DNA from: Alphaproteobacteria bacterium UBA828
GTDB taxonomy: Bacteria; Pseudomonadota; Alphaproteobacteria; UBA828
Direction of reading: 5' to 3'
DNA: 64,000 nt
Assembly (NCBI GenBank): GCA_002296185.1
Contig: DBHM01000027.1
Span: 158,867 to 222,866 of the forward strand
Each line of letters opens with the position of its first letter. Position 1 is the stretch's first letter. The position numbers were made by a program, and so were the translations under genes. Positions 41,668-52,523 of this stretch are shown piece by piece. The notes beneath the pieces were generated by a model. It made no database searches, had not been told where the DNA came from, and worked only from the letters and a program-made list of their open reading frames with translations.

Positions 41668-42570
41668 TTGAATATAAATATTAATAAATTATTTATCCCG
41701 ACAGCATTGGTCTTATTAGGAGGGATAACCTTTGGTAGTATTTTCTCTGCAAATATCTTTGCTTATGAGTCGGGATTGCCTCACTTCTCATATGTTTTCT
41801 GGCAAATTTTTCTTGGTTCTTTAATTCTATTAATAATATCCTTAGCAACTAAGACTTTCCCCAAATTCACATGGGGGAATATTAGGGCTTACATATTTGT
41901 TGCTGTCCTTGGGCTAATAGTTCCAGTTATTGTATTTAATGTCGTGGCAGATAAGTTGCCCCCTGGTATCATCACTCTTTCTGTAGCATTAATCCCAGCT
42001 AGTACTTATTTACTCTCCCTGCTTATTAAGGCAGATAAGTTTCGCGTAGTAAGTATATTAGGAGTTATCATAGGATTCGGGAGTGTTTTATTAATTGTTT
42101 TACCCCAGGGTAGTTTGCCAATTGAGGGTGCTGAAATCTGGGTCATTTTTTCTTTACTCGTTCCAATATCTGCTGGGACTAATAATGCTTTTAGTGCGCT
42201 AGTTATACCTCCAAACACACAGACTTTTGGGCTAGCAACAGGAACCATGTTAGTAGCATCAATAATTTTACTTCCAATAAGCCTGGCTTATGATGGACTT
42301 CATTTTTTTGGTAACTATGGATGGGAATCTATAGGTTCCACCCTGTGGGCTTCAATTGTATGGGTGACGATTTACATGTGTTTTTTCGAAATAGTCAAAA
42401 GAACAAGCGGTCTTTTTTATGCTCAGGTTAATTATATCATCGTTGCAGCTGGCATTATATGGTCATGGGCTATCTTTGCAGATGTTCTGAGCGCTTGGGT
42501 ATGGGGTGCTGTAGCTATGCTATTCGTTAGCCTTGCACTTGTGAATTTGGGAACAAAAGTAAAGGTATAA
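41668..42570 (+). CDS. DMT-superfamily (EamA-like) transporter
   Basis: 300-aa protein with about 10 TM segments and a two-repeat EamA-like architecture. Confidence 0.6.
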   Translation: MNININKLFIPTALVLLGGITFGSIFSANIFAYESGLPHFSYVFWQIFLGSLILLIISLATKTFPKFTWGNIRAYIFVAVLGLIVPVIVFNVVADKLPPGIITLSVALIPASTYLLSLLIKADKFRVVSILGVIIGFGSVLLIVLPQGSLPIEGAEIWVIFSLLVPISAGTNNAFSALVIPPNTQTFGLATGTMLVASIILLPISLAYDGLHFFGNYGWESIGSTLWASIVWVTIYMCFFEIVKRTSGLFYAQVNYIIVAAGIIWSWAIFADVLSAWVWGAVAMLFVSLALVNLGTKVKV

Positions 42571-42709
42571 TAATTTTTTTGTATTTAAATTTTTAATAAA
42601 TTTGATGACTATAATCTGTTAATGCATAGATTATTCGATATTGTTTTGGAATATATACAAATAGAAGTATTTTTGAGATTACATCAAATATCTCTCAGGA
42701 GAATATATA

Positions 42710-44131
42710 ATGGATACTGATTTACTAATCAATGGACAGATAGTCAGCGGTGCTGGAGATTTAGTTCCTGTTATAAATCCAGCAACTGGAGAAGCAATAT
42801 GTAATGTTCAAGAGGCGAATGAGGAGCAGGTTAACGCCGCTGCTAGGGCTGCTGCTGAGGCGTTCCCGAAGTTTTCACTAAAAACACCAGCAGAGCGTTC
42901 ATCTATGTTATTTGATCTTGCAGCTAGATTAGAAGCCGAGATAGATGAATTTGCTAAATTAGAGTCACTTGATACGGGAAAACCTATTTCGGCATCGCTG
43001 GATGAGATGGAAGCCTGTGTTGATGTGGCTCGATTTATGGGTGGTGCAGTTAGGTCGATGAATGCAGTTGCTGCTGGGGAATATATGGAGGGTTTTACTT
43101 CAATGATTCGCCGAGACCCTGTGGGAGTGGTTGCTAGTATAGCTCCGTGGAACTATCCTTTAATGATGGCCTTATGGAAGTTAGCCCCACCATTAGCTGT
43201 GGGTTGTTCTATGGTGCTTAAACCATCAGAACTTACTCCCTTGACTACACTCAAATTAGCGAAAATTCTTAACGATATTTATCCTCCCGGTGTTGTAAAT
43301 ATAATTTCAGGTAGAGGTGATACAACAGGAAATAATCTAATAAATAATAATAACATTGATTTTATATCTTTAACTGGCTCAATTAGGACTGCCAGTCGTG
43401 TGCTGGAAGCAGCATCAGGGACGATCAAAAAAACTCACTTGGAGCTTGGTGGCAAGGCTCCGGTCATTATTTATGAAGATGCAGATCTTGATAAGGTGGT
43501 TGCAGATCTTAAGGCATTTTCTTTCTATAATGCTGGGCAGGATTGTACCCAGCCATGTCGCTTATATGTAGACAATAAGATTTTTGATAATTTTGTTGCA
43601 GATTTTGGTTCTTCAATTTCAAAAATTAAAGTAGGTAATCCAGAAGATAAAGATGTTGAGATGGGGCCTATAATTACAAAGAATCAGTTTGACCGAGTTC
43701 AGGGTATTGTTCAGGATGTCCAAAAGAGCGAACATTTACAAATAATAACTGGTGGGACTAAATATAAAGGAAGTGGATTTTTCTTTGAGCCAACGTTGAT
43801 AACCGAAACTGAACAGAGCGATCATATTATAAATGAAGAGATATTTGGTCCTGTGGTAACAGTAAGTAGATTCCAGAGTACAGAAGAGGCAATTCAGTGG
43901 GCCAATGATTCACGATATGGATTATCTTCTTCTGTTTGGACAAGGGATATTTCAAAAGCAATGAAAACTGTGGCACGACTTAGGTACGGTGTAACTTGGG
44001 TTAACACGCATCTAGTGGGTGTTTCAGAGATGCCTCATGGTGGACTAAAAGCGTCAGGTTATGGAAAAGATATGTCGGTTTATGCGCTTGAGGATTATAC
44101 TGTGCCTCGTCATATAATGATTTCTCATTAG
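42710..44131 (+). CDS. NAD-dependent aldehyde dehydrogenase (aminobutyraldehyde/betaine-aldehyde dehydrogenase-like)
   Basis: ELGGKAP and catalytic Cys region ([14 protein letters not shown]), with full-length ALDH architecture. It contains an Asn-rich insertion ([11 protein letters not shown]). Confidence 0.85.
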   Translation: MDTDLLINGQIVSGAGDLVPVINPATGEAICNVQEANEEQVNAAARAAAEAFPKFSLKTPAERSSMLFDLAARLEAEIDEFAKLESLDTGKPISASLDEMEACVDVARFMGGAVRSMNAVAAGEYMEGFTSMIRRDPVGVVASIAPWNYPLMMALWKLAPPLAVGCSMVLKPSELTPLTTLKLAKILNDIYPPGVVNIISGRGDTTGNNLINNNNIDFISLTGSIRTASRVLEAASGTIKKTHLELGGKAPVIIYEDADLDKVVADLKAFSFYNAGQDCTQPCRLYVDNKIFDNFVADFGSSISKIKVGNPEDKDVEMGPIITKNQFDRVQGIVQDVQKSEHLQIITGGTKYKGSGFFFEPTLITETEQSDHIINEEIFGPVVTVSRFQSTEEAIQWANDSRYGLSSSVWTRDISKAMKTVARLRYGVTWVNTHLVGVSEMPHGGLKASGYGKDMSVYALEDYTVPRHIMISH

Positions 44132-44205
44132 TGCTTATTATTTAATGATTTAGCATTAGTGTTTATTATTGCCTTATTAACTCGTTTCAAAACTGAGGGG
44201 TAGTA

Positions 44206-45309
44206 ATGTTGGAGAGAATACGAATATTAAATGATAGAGTTTTGCGCAGTAGTTTTTTATCACGCTTACAAGTGATTCTTGGTGTTTGTATTTTTACTAT
44301 TATTTTAAGTGCTTGCTCTCAAACAGAAAATTATTTGTCTATAGCTGATCAAGTTGAAACTCAGAAATTTATAGAAACTCTTCCTGAGAGTGCGCGTCCT
44401 GGGGAAGGTTTTCAATTTAGTTACTTTAATTCCGTTCATGGGTACAATATCAGGTATGGAAGTTCTGAAATCAAACAACCACTAGGAACTATTATTTTAG
44501 TGCCGGGACAGTCAGAGTTTTCTGAATCATATTTTGAACTTATTAATGATATTAATGATATTGGTTATAGTGTGTGGATTATGGATTTTTACGGACAAGG
44601 TGGTTCCGATCATCTACTGAGTGACAACGCCAGAGCGGACAACAATTTTCATAATGATGTTGATGACTTAAGTCAGTTTGTAAACGGTATAGTTAAAAAC
44701 ACACAAGAAAGCCCTTTGATTATTTTGGGACATTCAATGGGTGGTCACATTGTACTATCAGCAATTCTAGAAAAAAAATTAAGAGTTGATGGGGCTGTGC
44801 TATCTTCTCCAATGATTAAAATAAAAACCGGTGCAATACCTCACGGGATTACTGAACTTATTGCATCTATAGGTTCTGCCTTAGGCGGCGATTGGTGGAT
44901 AGCGCCTGGGCAAAAAGAGTGGGTTGAGAAACTAAATTATAATCCAGAAGATAATGTTAACACATCTGATTCCGAAAGATCACTTCTTAAAGAGAGCTGG
45001 AGAAAGCATACAGAGCATACTCGTAAATCATATGCAGTGACTTTTGGTTGGCTAAAAGGTTATTCTGAGTCAAGGAAAACCATCTTATCTAATTCTCAAG
45101 CAACAGAGATAACAACCCCTATATTGATGACAGTCGCTGGTGAAGATGCTTTGGTAATTCCTGAAGATAGTCTGGAATTATGCAAAAGATTAATTTCCTG
45201 TGAATCTATATTTTATAATAATTCAAGACATGAATTATATCTCGAGAAAGATAATTTGCGGAATAAGTGGATGAGAGACATATTTCTTTGGATAAACCGA
45301 TCATTTTAG
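44206..45309 (+). CDS. Alpha/beta-hydrolase lipoprotein (lysophospholipase-like)
   Basis: Lipobox (ILSAC), nucleophile elbow GHSMGG, and a C-terminal Asp/His region. Confidence 0.65.
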   Translation: MLERIRILNDRVLRSSFLSRLQVILGVCIFTIILSACSQTENYLSIADQVETQKFIETLPESARPGEGFQFSYFNSVHGYNIRYGSSEIKQPLGTIILVPGQSEFSESYFELINDINDIGYSVWIMDFYGQGGSDHLLSDNARADNNFHNDVDDLSQFVNGIVKNTQESPLIILGHSMGGHIVLSAILEKKLRVDGAVLSSPMIKIKTGAIPHGITELIASIGSALGGDWWIAPGQKEWVEKLNYNPEDNVNTSDSERSLLKESWRKHTEHTRKSYAVTFGWLKGYSESRKTILSNSQATEITTPILMTVAGEDALVIPEDSLELCKRLISCESIFYNNSRHELYLEKDNLRNKWMRDIFLWINRSF

Positions 45310-45616
45310 TTAATAGAAGCACTAAATCGCTTATCTCTATCAAAATAATAGAGCTTGTATATTTTTCTGCCTAAAACTAGCCTTTATTTTGATTTATTAA
45401 TTGGATTTAAATATCTGATTAAATTGGTAAAAATTTATCTACACCCATAAATCCACAAGATATAACTTAGTCATATTACTAAGGGCTTTAATTATGCTTA
45501 CTAATACTGTATGTTGCGTGAAACAGCATTACCTACACCTATAGGTAGTGGTATGAAAGTTTAGAGCTTGTCGACCTTTAGCTTTTTTTGTTGCTAAAAA
45601 AATTAGGAGCTTAGCT

Positions 45617-46030
45617 ATGACGACTTGGACCCCTGAAAGAGTAGACCAACTTAGAAAGCTTTGGGATGAGGGACTTACTACATCTGAAATCGGAAAAAAC
45701 ATTGGCGTTTCCAAAAATGCTGTTGTTGGTAAAGCCCATCGACTTGAGCTTCCCTCGAGGCCATCTCCCATTAGGCGAGGTGTATCTAGAAGAGCTAATA
45801 AGCAGATTTCAAGACCTAAACCGGTGCAGCCGCAAAGTAAGCCTTTAGTAAGGTCTCTGCCTCTTAGTAGAAGCGGTAGATGCTGTCAGTGGCCTATAGG
45901 CCATCCAGGAGATGAAGATTTTCATTTTTGTGGTGCTCCCGCTGTAGAGGGGAAACCTTATTGTGCCGAACATTACGCAATGGCTTATATTATTCAGGGC
46001 AAGCCTAAGGTAGAAGAGGATGCGGCCTAA
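45617..46030 (+). CDS. gcrA: Cell-cycle transcriptional regulator GcrA
   Basis: The N-terminus (WTPERVDQLRKLWDEGLTTSEIGKNIGVSKNAVVGKAHRLEL) matches the GcrA DNA-binding domain. At 137 aa the protein is shorter than usual. Confidence 0.75.
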   Translation: MTTWTPERVDQLRKLWDEGLTTSEIGKNIGVSKNAVVGKAHRLELPSRPSPIRRGVSRRANKQISRPKPVQPQSKPLVRSLPLSRSGRCCQWPIGHPGDEDFHFCGAPAVEGKPYCAEHYAMAYIIQGKPKVEEDAA

Positions 46031-46143
46031 GATTAGCCTCAATACTTAATACGATAATAAATATTTTTTAGGCTTATTTTACAATAAACCTTCCGATTCA
46101 TACGGCTTATCAAAATATAATTAAATCAATGTATTAGCGTGTA

Positions 46144-46170
46144 TCAAAGAAGTAGCATCGTATTCTTTGA
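46144..46170 (+). terminator. AT-rich hairpin (TCAAAGAA-N11-TTCTTTGA) followed by a T-rich tract downstream of gcrA; weak terminator candidate
   Basis: Inverted repeat read directly from the sequence. The stem is low in GC. Confidence 0.2.
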
Positions 46171-46297
46171 CCAAATTTTATCTACTGCTAATAGTTTATT
46201 GTTGGTATGGAAATTTTGCTCTGTTGGCCTCTAGCACTTCAGCCTGCTATAAGACTTCATATAGTTCTTTTATTTTAAATATATTGAGGGCGTTTGA

Positions 46298-46975
46298 GTG
46301 GCTGATATATTTCATGATATAGAAGAGGGTCTTCGTCAGGATAGGCTCAAAAAACTCTGGAGGAAATTTCGGTGGCCTCTCATAGGCCTTATTTTATTGA
46401 TAATTGGTGCTGTAGTCGCGCTGGTATTAGTCAAAGATGTTACTGAAACTAGGAAATTAGAGCAGGCAGAACGTTTCTCTAATGCGTTAGAAATCTATAG
46501 TACTGGAGATTCTAAGGCTGCAGCTGAAGCTTTTTCTTCATTGGCATTTGAGGCTGAGGATCCTGGGTATCTAGTTTTCTCAAGCTTTCGATCTGCACAA
46601 GCGCATATTGAGTCAGATAACATAAATAAAGCGATATCTATTTTTGATGATTTAGCTGGTAATGCTGAAGTTTTACCTCTTTACCGTGAACTTGCTGTTT
46701 TTTTTGCGGCTGATCTTCTTTTAGATACTGTAACTTATGAAGAAATAAATCAAAGGTTGGCACCTATAATGCTCAGTGAAAGTGTATGGAGGCCAATGGC
46801 CCAGGAAATAGTGGCTTTAGCTGCTTTAAAATCGGGAAATGAAGATCGTGCCCGTGAATTATTTCAGGAACTAACATTAGACGCGTTGTCTCCGCCTGGT
46901 ATTAAAGAGCGGGCTAAAAAGTTTTTGGCTAATATAGGAGGTATTATGCAGTCACCGGAGGAAGGTGGAGATTAG
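46298..46975 (+). CDS. YfgM-like membrane-anchored TPR protein
   Basis: N-terminal TM anchor (LIGLILLIIGAVVALVL), a TPR-like helical body, and conserved position immediately upstream of bamB and der, as in E. coli yfgM-bamB-der. Confidence 0.5.
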   Translation: MADIFHDIEEGLRQDRLKKLWRKFRWPLIGLILLIIGAVVALVLVKDVTETRKLEQAERFSNALEIYSTGDSKAAAEAFSSLAFEAEDPGYLVFSSFRSAQAHIESDNINKAISIFDDLAGNAEVLPLYRELAVFFAADLLLDTVTYEEINQRLAPIMLSESVWRPMAQEIVALAALKSGNEDRARELFQELTLDALSPPGIKERAKKFLANIGGIMQSPEEGGD

Positions 46976-46980
46976 CAGAT

Positions 46981-48303
46981 ATGCTTCGAACGTTTATTGT
47001 GGTCCCTTTACTATCTTTGGTTCTTGTTTCTTGTAGCGATTGGATGGGGGAAAAAGAGGAAGCGCCTCTCCCCGGCTCAAGAACTGCTGTCTTGTCTCAG
47101 TCTATGTCAATAAAGACTGATAAGGGAGTTGAAAGATTTCTAGTTCAATTACCTGCTCCATATATTAATCATGATTGGCCTCAGGTAGGTGGATATCCCG
47201 ATAGAGCTATGCATCATTTAGTGGGTGGGGAAACTTTAGGTACGCTTTGGGATGTAAAAATAGGTGAAGGCATAGATGGTAATATTGATATTCTTCCATC
47301 ACCTATAGTTGCCCAAGGGCGTGTTTTTGCAATCGATTCGCGTGGAAAAATATCTGCGATAGATATCAGAAACGGCTCAATATTATGGAGCTTTGATTCT
47401 ACTCCTAACTATGAAGAAAGGGAGTCAGGCTTTGGTGGAGGTCTTGCTTATGTTGGTGGCAGGGTATTTATTGCGAATGGTTTTGGTCAAATTATTGCAC
47501 TAAAAGCTAATACGGGTAAATTAATTTGGAAAACAAATATTGGTATTCCATTTAGAAATGCACCAGTAGTTGCGCAAAGAAAAGTATTTGCAGTAAGTAT
47601 AGATAATCAATTATGGGCTTTAGATGGACTTACTGGTAGTAAATTATGGAATAATGCTGGAATTTCTGAATCAGCGGGTCTGTTAGGTTCTAGTAGCCCA
47701 GCAGTTTCAGGTGAATTAGTGCTTGCTACATATTCATCTGGTGAAGTTAATGCTCTAAGAATCGAAAATGGATTACCTATATGGTCTGATGCTATAGGTA
47801 GACAAAATATAATAAGCAGCAGTATTTCAGATTTTAATGATATAAATGGAAGCCCGGTTATTGACAGGGGTTTAGCGTATATTATTAGTCATGGAGATCA
47901 TTTAATTGCAATCGATATTCGTTCTGGTTTAAGGGTTTGGGAGCGTGATATTGGTGGGGTAAATACGCCCTGGATAGCAGGGGATTTCCTTTATATTATC
48001 TCAGCTAACTCTGAGATTATTTGTTTAATTAGAGAGACTGGGGATGTGAAATGGGTTCGTGATTTACCACAGTTCTCTGACTATGAGGATCGAAAGGGCG
48101 AAATCATTTGGAATGGCCCGGTACTGGCTAGTGATAAACTTCTTATGACAAGTTCGACAGGATTAGTTGTAGCTTTGTCTCCTTATAGTGGAGATTACCT
48201 TGGTAAGGTTGAAATGCCAGACTCTATAAGTCTCCCTCCAATTGTGGCAGATTCAAAAGTTTTTATTCTTACAGAAGAAGCAAAACTTTTTGCCCTTCGT
48301 TGA
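46981..48303 (+). CDS. bamB: Outer-membrane protein assembly factor BamB (PQQ-repeat beta-propeller lipoprotein)
   Basis: Lipobox (LVSCS) and repeated PQQ-like W/G blades (ILWSF, KLIWK, KLWNN, LPIWSD, LRVWER, VKWVR). Confidence 0.75.
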   Translation: MLRTFIVVPLLSLVLVSCSDWMGEKEEAPLPGSRTAVLSQSMSIKTDKGVERFLVQLPAPYINHDWPQVGGYPDRAMHHLVGGETLGTLWDVKIGEGIDGNIDILPSPIVAQGRVFAIDSRGKISAIDIRNGSILWSFDSTPNYEERESGFGGGLAYVGGRVFIANGFGQIIALKANTGKLIWKTNIGIPFRNAPVVAQRKVFAVSIDNQLWALDGLTGSKLWNNAGISESAGLLGSSSPAVSGELVLATYSSGEVNALRIENGLPIWSDAIGRQNIISSSISDFNDINGSPVIDRGLAYIISHGDHLIAIDIRSGLRVWERDIGGVNTPWIAGDFLYIISANSEIICLIRETGDVKWVRDLPQFSDYEDRKGEIIWNGPVLASDKLLMTSSTGLVVALSPYSGDYLGKVEMPDSISLPPIVADSKVFILTEEAKLFALR

Positions 48304-48323
48304 TAATTCATAAGGTTTTTTTA

Positions 48324-49718
48324 ATGACATTAACAGTTGCCATTGTAGGTCGACCGAATGTGGGCAAATCGACCTTATTTAATCGTCTAGTAAAAAGACA
48401 GGTTGCAATTGTAGAAGACAGACCTGGTGTAACCCGTGACCGTCGTATGGATGAAGGAAGACTTGGCTCTCTCCGATTTAGAGTAATTGATACTGCTGGT
48501 TTCGACGATAGTGGATTAGACATTTTATCTACTCGTATGATGGATCAAACAATGACAGCGATTGATGAGGCTGATCTTGTATTATTACTGGTTGATGGTA
48601 GATCTGGTTTGAATCCAATAGATAGTAAATTCTCACAGGTCTTACATCAATCAGGGTCTTTAACACTCCTAGTCGTCACTAAATGTGAGGGAAATGTGGG
48701 TGAAAATACTGTTGCTGAGTCCTGGGGTTTAGGATTTGGTTCACCCATACCTATATCTGCAGAGCATGCAGAAGGTTTAGGGGACCTGCACGATTCTCTC
48801 TATCCTTATTTATCTAAAGATTCTCCTGAAGAAAATTTAGACAAGGGAAATGAGTCTAAAGAAATTAATATAAAGAATAAAAATAAAGACGAGAATCAAA
48901 GACCGTTGCGCTTAGCCATAGTTGGTAGGCCAAATGTTGGAAAATCTACATTATTAAACAGATTAGTTGGTGAGGAGAGAGTAATAACCGGGCCAGAGGT
49001 GGGTTTAACTAGGGATTCTATTTCTGTAGATTGGAAATATGGTGAAAAACCCATTCAACTTATAGATACAGCGGGATTAAGGAGACGTTCAAAAATTCAG
49101 GATAAATTAGAGAAGCATGCTGCGAGAGATGCCATACGATCAATAGATATTTCTGAAGTAGTAGCCCTTATGTTTGATGGTTCAATTGAGCCACTAAAAC
49201 AAGATTTTTCAATAGCTTCTTTAACTGTTAAGGAGGGTAGAGCTCCTATAATTATTTTAAATAAGTGGGACTGTGTAGAGGATCAAACTATAAGGTTAAA
49301 AAGTTATAAAGACTCTCTCGCTACAACACTTTCACAAGCTAAGGGTGTTCCGATAATAACTTTGTCGGCATTAACTGGGGAAGGTATTCAATCTTTCATG
49401 CCGGCAGTATTGAATGCTTATGAGGTATGGAATAGGAGAATAGCTACTTCAAGACTAAATTCTTGGTTGCGCAGAACTCTATATCAGCATCCTCCACCGC
49501 TAGTAGATGGTAGGAGAACAAAATTACGCTATGTTACTCAAATAAAATCTCGTCCACCTACATTTTCCATATTTTGTAACATCACTCGTGGTTTGTCAGA
49601 ATCATATCAAAGATACTTAGCAAACAGTTTACGAGAGGAATTTGATTTACCTGGAGTTCCAATTCGTCTGATTCTAAGAAAGGGAGAAAATCCGTATATC
49701 AAAAGTGATTCTAAATAG
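48324..49718 (+). CDS. der: Ribosome-biogenesis GTPase Der (EngA)
   Basis: Two tandem GTPase domains (VAIVGRPNVGKSTL and LAIVGRPNVGKSTL) and a KH-like C-terminus. The start is set at the internal MTLTVAIVG. Confidence 0.9.
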   Translation: MTLTVAIVGRPNVGKSTLFNRLVKRQVAIVEDRPGVTRDRRMDEGRLGSLRFRVIDTAGFDDSGLDILSTRMMDQTMTAIDEADLVLLLVDGRSGLNPIDSKFSQVLHQSGSLTLLVVTKCEGNVGENTVAESWGLGFGSPIPISAEHAEGLGDLHDSLYPYLSKDSPEENLDKGNESKEINIKNKNKDENQRPLRLAIVGRPNVGKSTLLNRLVGEERVITGPEVGLTRDSISVDWKYGEKPIQLIDTAGLRRRSKIQDKLEKHAARDAIRSIDISEVVALMFDGSIEPLKQDFSIASLTVKEGRAPIIILNKWDCVEDQTIRLKSYKDSLATTLSQAKGVPIITLSALTGEGIQSFMPAVLNAYEVWNRRIATSRLNSWLRRTLYQHPPPLVDGRRTKLRYVTQIKSRPPTFSIFCNITRGLSESYQRYLANSLREEFDLPGVPIRLILRKGENPYIKSDSK

Positions 49719-50421
49719 AAATACGTTCACCGTGTAACTTACACTCACTCATAGCAAGTTCTATAAATTTATCTGTTATTTCATCTGGCTGGTTAAGTTT
49801 TTTTTGATCTTCTCCCGGAAAGGCTTCGGCACGCATACGAGTAGCCACGGGACCGGGGTCAATTAAATTAACTTTTATTTTGGTCCTCTCTACTTCAGAG
49901 GCCCATGTCAAAACTAATGCTTCTAAGGCAGCCTTGCTTGCAGCATAGGGTCCCCAATAGGGACGTCCAGTAGATTTAGTGATCCCAGAGGTTATAAATA
50001 TCGCTTTACCCGCATCTGAGATACGAAGTAATGGATCAAGGCTTCGGATTAAACGCCAATTAGCTGTCAAGTTGACTGCAATGGTTTCATCCCAAGCTTC
50101 AGGGGAATAATGGCCAACTGGTCTTAGCCCTCCTAAAACTCCAGCATTAGCTACCAATATATCTAGTTTTCCAAATCTTTCGTTTATGGCTGCTCCAAGA
50201 TGGTCTATTTGTGTTCCCTGGGTAATATCAAAAGGTACTAAGGTAGGTTGTAAACTTGAATTCTTACGAATCTCATCATCAAGGTTTTCTAAGGCGCCTG
50301 AAGTGCGAGACGTAAGAATTAAATGGGCTCCTTCAGATGCAAAAGCTTTCGCAATTGCATACCCTATACCCCTTGATGCCCCAGTTATTAGAGCAATCTT
50401 TCCATCTAATCTACTAGCCAT
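49711..50421 (-). CDS. SDR-family oxidoreductase
   Basis: TGASRGIG Rossmann motif, NAG, and Y-x3-K (YAASKAA). Confidence 0.75.
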   Translation of the reverse strand: MASRLDGKIALITGASRGIGYAIAKAFASEGAHLILTSRTSGALENLDDEIRKNSSLQPTLVPFDITQGTQIDHLGAAINERFGKLDILVANAGVLGGLRPVGHYSPEAWDETIAVNLTANWRLIRSLDPLLRISDAGKAIFITSGITKSTGRPYWGPYAASKAALEALVLTWASEVERTKIKVNLIDPGPVATRMRAEAFPGEDQKKLNQPDEITDKFIELAMSECKLHGERISI

Positions 50422-50423
50422 TA

Positions 50424-51077
50424 TTAATCTCTTTCTTCTTCCAAATCTTTTTCATCTGTCTTTTGATTATCATCAATCCCAGTTGCACGATTAAAATTTT
50501 CTTCGGCTTTTTTTCTACTTTGATCAGCTTTATCAATTTCCCTAATACTGTTTCCGGTTGCTCTAACTCTCTCTTCCGCTTCCTTAAGGGTATCATTTGG
50601 CACTATAGATCTAATCGTATCAGCACCTTTAATTATATAAGGGCTGGTTATAGCCTCTTTGATCCATTCTGGCTGATCATCCTCATCGACTGCCCATACG
50701 TACATCATATAAGCTAAAGAGACTATAATGGCTCCTCTTAAGAGGCCAAAAATGATGCCTACAGTTCTATCTAAAGCTCCCATACGGCTTCTTTGGACTC
50801 TACCAGCAACTATTTGGGCTGTAATTGTAAGTATGATTAGGGCTATTAAAAAGAGCCCCCCTCCTGCAACTGCGTCTGCTACTAACTCATGTTCAATTAT
50901 ATCGCGTGCTATAGGGCGCACATAAATAAAACCATAAATGGTTGCCACTCCTGCTCCTGCCCAAGTGCCTATACCAAGTGTTTCTCTAACTACTCCTCTT
51001 GAAAAAGCAAGTAATCCTGAGAATATAAGTATTACAGCAACTCCTATATCTATTGGATTAACGGGTAAATCTGCCAT
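50424..51077 (-). CDS. cvpA: CvpA-family membrane protein (colicin V production protein-like)
   Basis: Four TM helices with a CvpA-like fold. It sits upstream of radA, as is common. Confidence 0.65.
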   Translation of the reverse strand: MADLPVNPIDIGVAVILIFSGLLAFSRGVVRETLGIGTWAGAGVATIYGFIYVRPIARDIIEHELVADAVAGGGLFLIALIILTITAQIVAGRVQRSRMGALDRTVGIIFGLLRGAIIVSLAYMMYVWAVDEDDQPEWIKEAITSPYIIKGADTIRSIVPNDTLKEAEERVRATGNSIREIDKADQSRKKAEENFNRATGIDDNQKTDEKDLEEERD

Positions 51078-51083
51078 AAGCTG

Positions 51084-52463
51084 CTATTTCTCCAAAGTCT
51101 CAAGGCCGATAAGAGTGATTAATTCAGAGATTTCTTTCACGTTAATAATATTAATTCCAAGCCTTGCTTTTTCATTTAATTGTTCTGAATGTGCAGGAAG
51201 TAATGCTCTTGTGAATCCAAGTTTTTCAGACTCCTTTAGTCGGCTTTCGCTTTGTGCTACGGGTCTTAACTCACCTGAAAGACCAATTTCTCCAAAAAAA
51301 ACCATACCTTCTGGAATGGGTTTATTTTTAATTGAGGATATGAGAGCTGCTGCTACAGCCATATCTGCAGCTGGCTCTGAAATTTTTATTCCTCCTGCTA
51401 CATTCAGATAAATATCATTTGCACTAAAGGACAGTCCGGCTTTAGTTTCGAGGACTGCAAGTATCATTGCTAGTCGATTGTTATCCCAACCTACTATAGC
51501 TCTCCTTGGGCTACCGGGGTGTCCTGGAGCAACTAACGCTTGAATTTCCATAAGCATTGGCCTGGTTCCCTCAACTCCTGCATAAACTGTTGTTCCTGTT
51601 ATAGATCCTCGTTCGGAATTGAGAAACAGAGAGGAAGGGTTAGCTACTTCATTAAGGCCCTTACTGGTCATTTCGAAGACACCAATTTCATGTGTAGGTC
51701 CAAATCGGTTTTTAATTGATCTAACAATCCGAAATCTGTGACCTCTATCGCCTTCAAAATAAAGAACAGTATCAACCATATGTTCTAATACTCTTGGTCC
51801 TGCTATTTGACCTTCTTTTGTGACATGGCCAACTAATAGTAAAACAGATTTTGTATTTTTTGCGTGATGAATCAGTTCTTGGGCTGCTCCACGAACTTGA
51901 CTTACCGTTCCAGGTGAAGAGTCTAATGTATCTAAATACATCGTCTGTATAGAATCTATTACTATTATATCTGATGGATTTTCTTTTAGAGTAGTTAGTA
52001 TGTCACGGATATTTGTAGCTGCCGCCAAACGCACTTTCGAGTTACTTAAACCGAGACGGTTAGCCCTAAGGCGTACTTGTTCAGGGCCCTCCTCTCCAGA
52101 AATATATGATACTGTTGTATCTCTTGAACTTAATGCTGCAGCTGCTTGAAGAAGAAGTGTAGATTTACCGATTCCTGGGTCTCCAGCAAGTAGGATGGCG
52201 GAACCTTGAACCACTCCATTGCCTAAAACTCTATCTAGTTCATTTATTCCTGTAGTTAGTCGAGCTTGAATGGGTGTTTCCTCGTTTAACCCAGTGAAAT
52301 TAACTATATTTCCGTCAAATTTATTAAGGCCTTTTGGGGATACTGGTCTATTATTTTCTTCAACAATCGTATTCCATCCACCGCAGACGTCACAATGCCC
52401 AGCCCATTTTGCATGAGAAGTACCACAAGTTTGACAAATAAAGCGTTGTGAATTTTTTGCCAA
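51084..52463 (-). CDS. radA: DNA repair protein RadA (Sms)
   Basis: N-terminal C4 zinc finger (CQTCG...CDVCG), a RecA-like Walker A (GDPGIGKST), KNRFG, and a Lon-protease-like C-terminal domain. Confidence 0.9.
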   Translation of the reverse strand: MAKNSQRFICQTCGTSHAKWAGHCDVCGGWNTIVEENNRPVSPKGLNKFDGNIVNFTGLNEETPIQARLTTGINELDRVLGNGVVQGSAILLAGDPGIGKSTLLLQAAAALSSRDTTVSYISGEEGPEQVRLRANRLGLSNSKVRLAAATNIRDILTTLKENPSDIIVIDSIQTMYLDTLDSSPGTVSQVRGAAQELIHHAKNTKSVLLLVGHVTKEGQIAGPRVLEHMVDTVLYFEGDRGHRFRIVRSIKNRFGPTHEIGVFEMTSKGLNEVANPSSLFLNSERGSITGTTVYAGVEGTRPMLMEIQALVAPGHPGSPRRAIVGWDNNRLAMILAVLETKAGLSFSANDIYLNVAGGIKISEPAADMAVAAALISSIKNKPIPEGMVFFGEIGLSGELRPVAQSESRLKESEKLGFTRALLPAHSEQLNEKARLGINIINVKEISELITLIGLETLEK

Positions 52464-52523
52464 AGAATATTTTCTCCGAATTGAATTGATCAGTCATTAA
52501 TTATTTGTATAAAAAATGAGTGT

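Noticed and set aside
45529-45848. ORFs 45529..45771 (-) and 45666..45848 (+) around the gcrA start
   Set aside because: They overlap the well-supported GcrA frame or its leader and have no motif support.
50186-50925. Plus-strand ORFs 50186..50494, 50463..50717 and 50728..50925 opposite the SDR and cvpA genes
   Set aside because: Antisense to supported genes; composition consistent with artefact.
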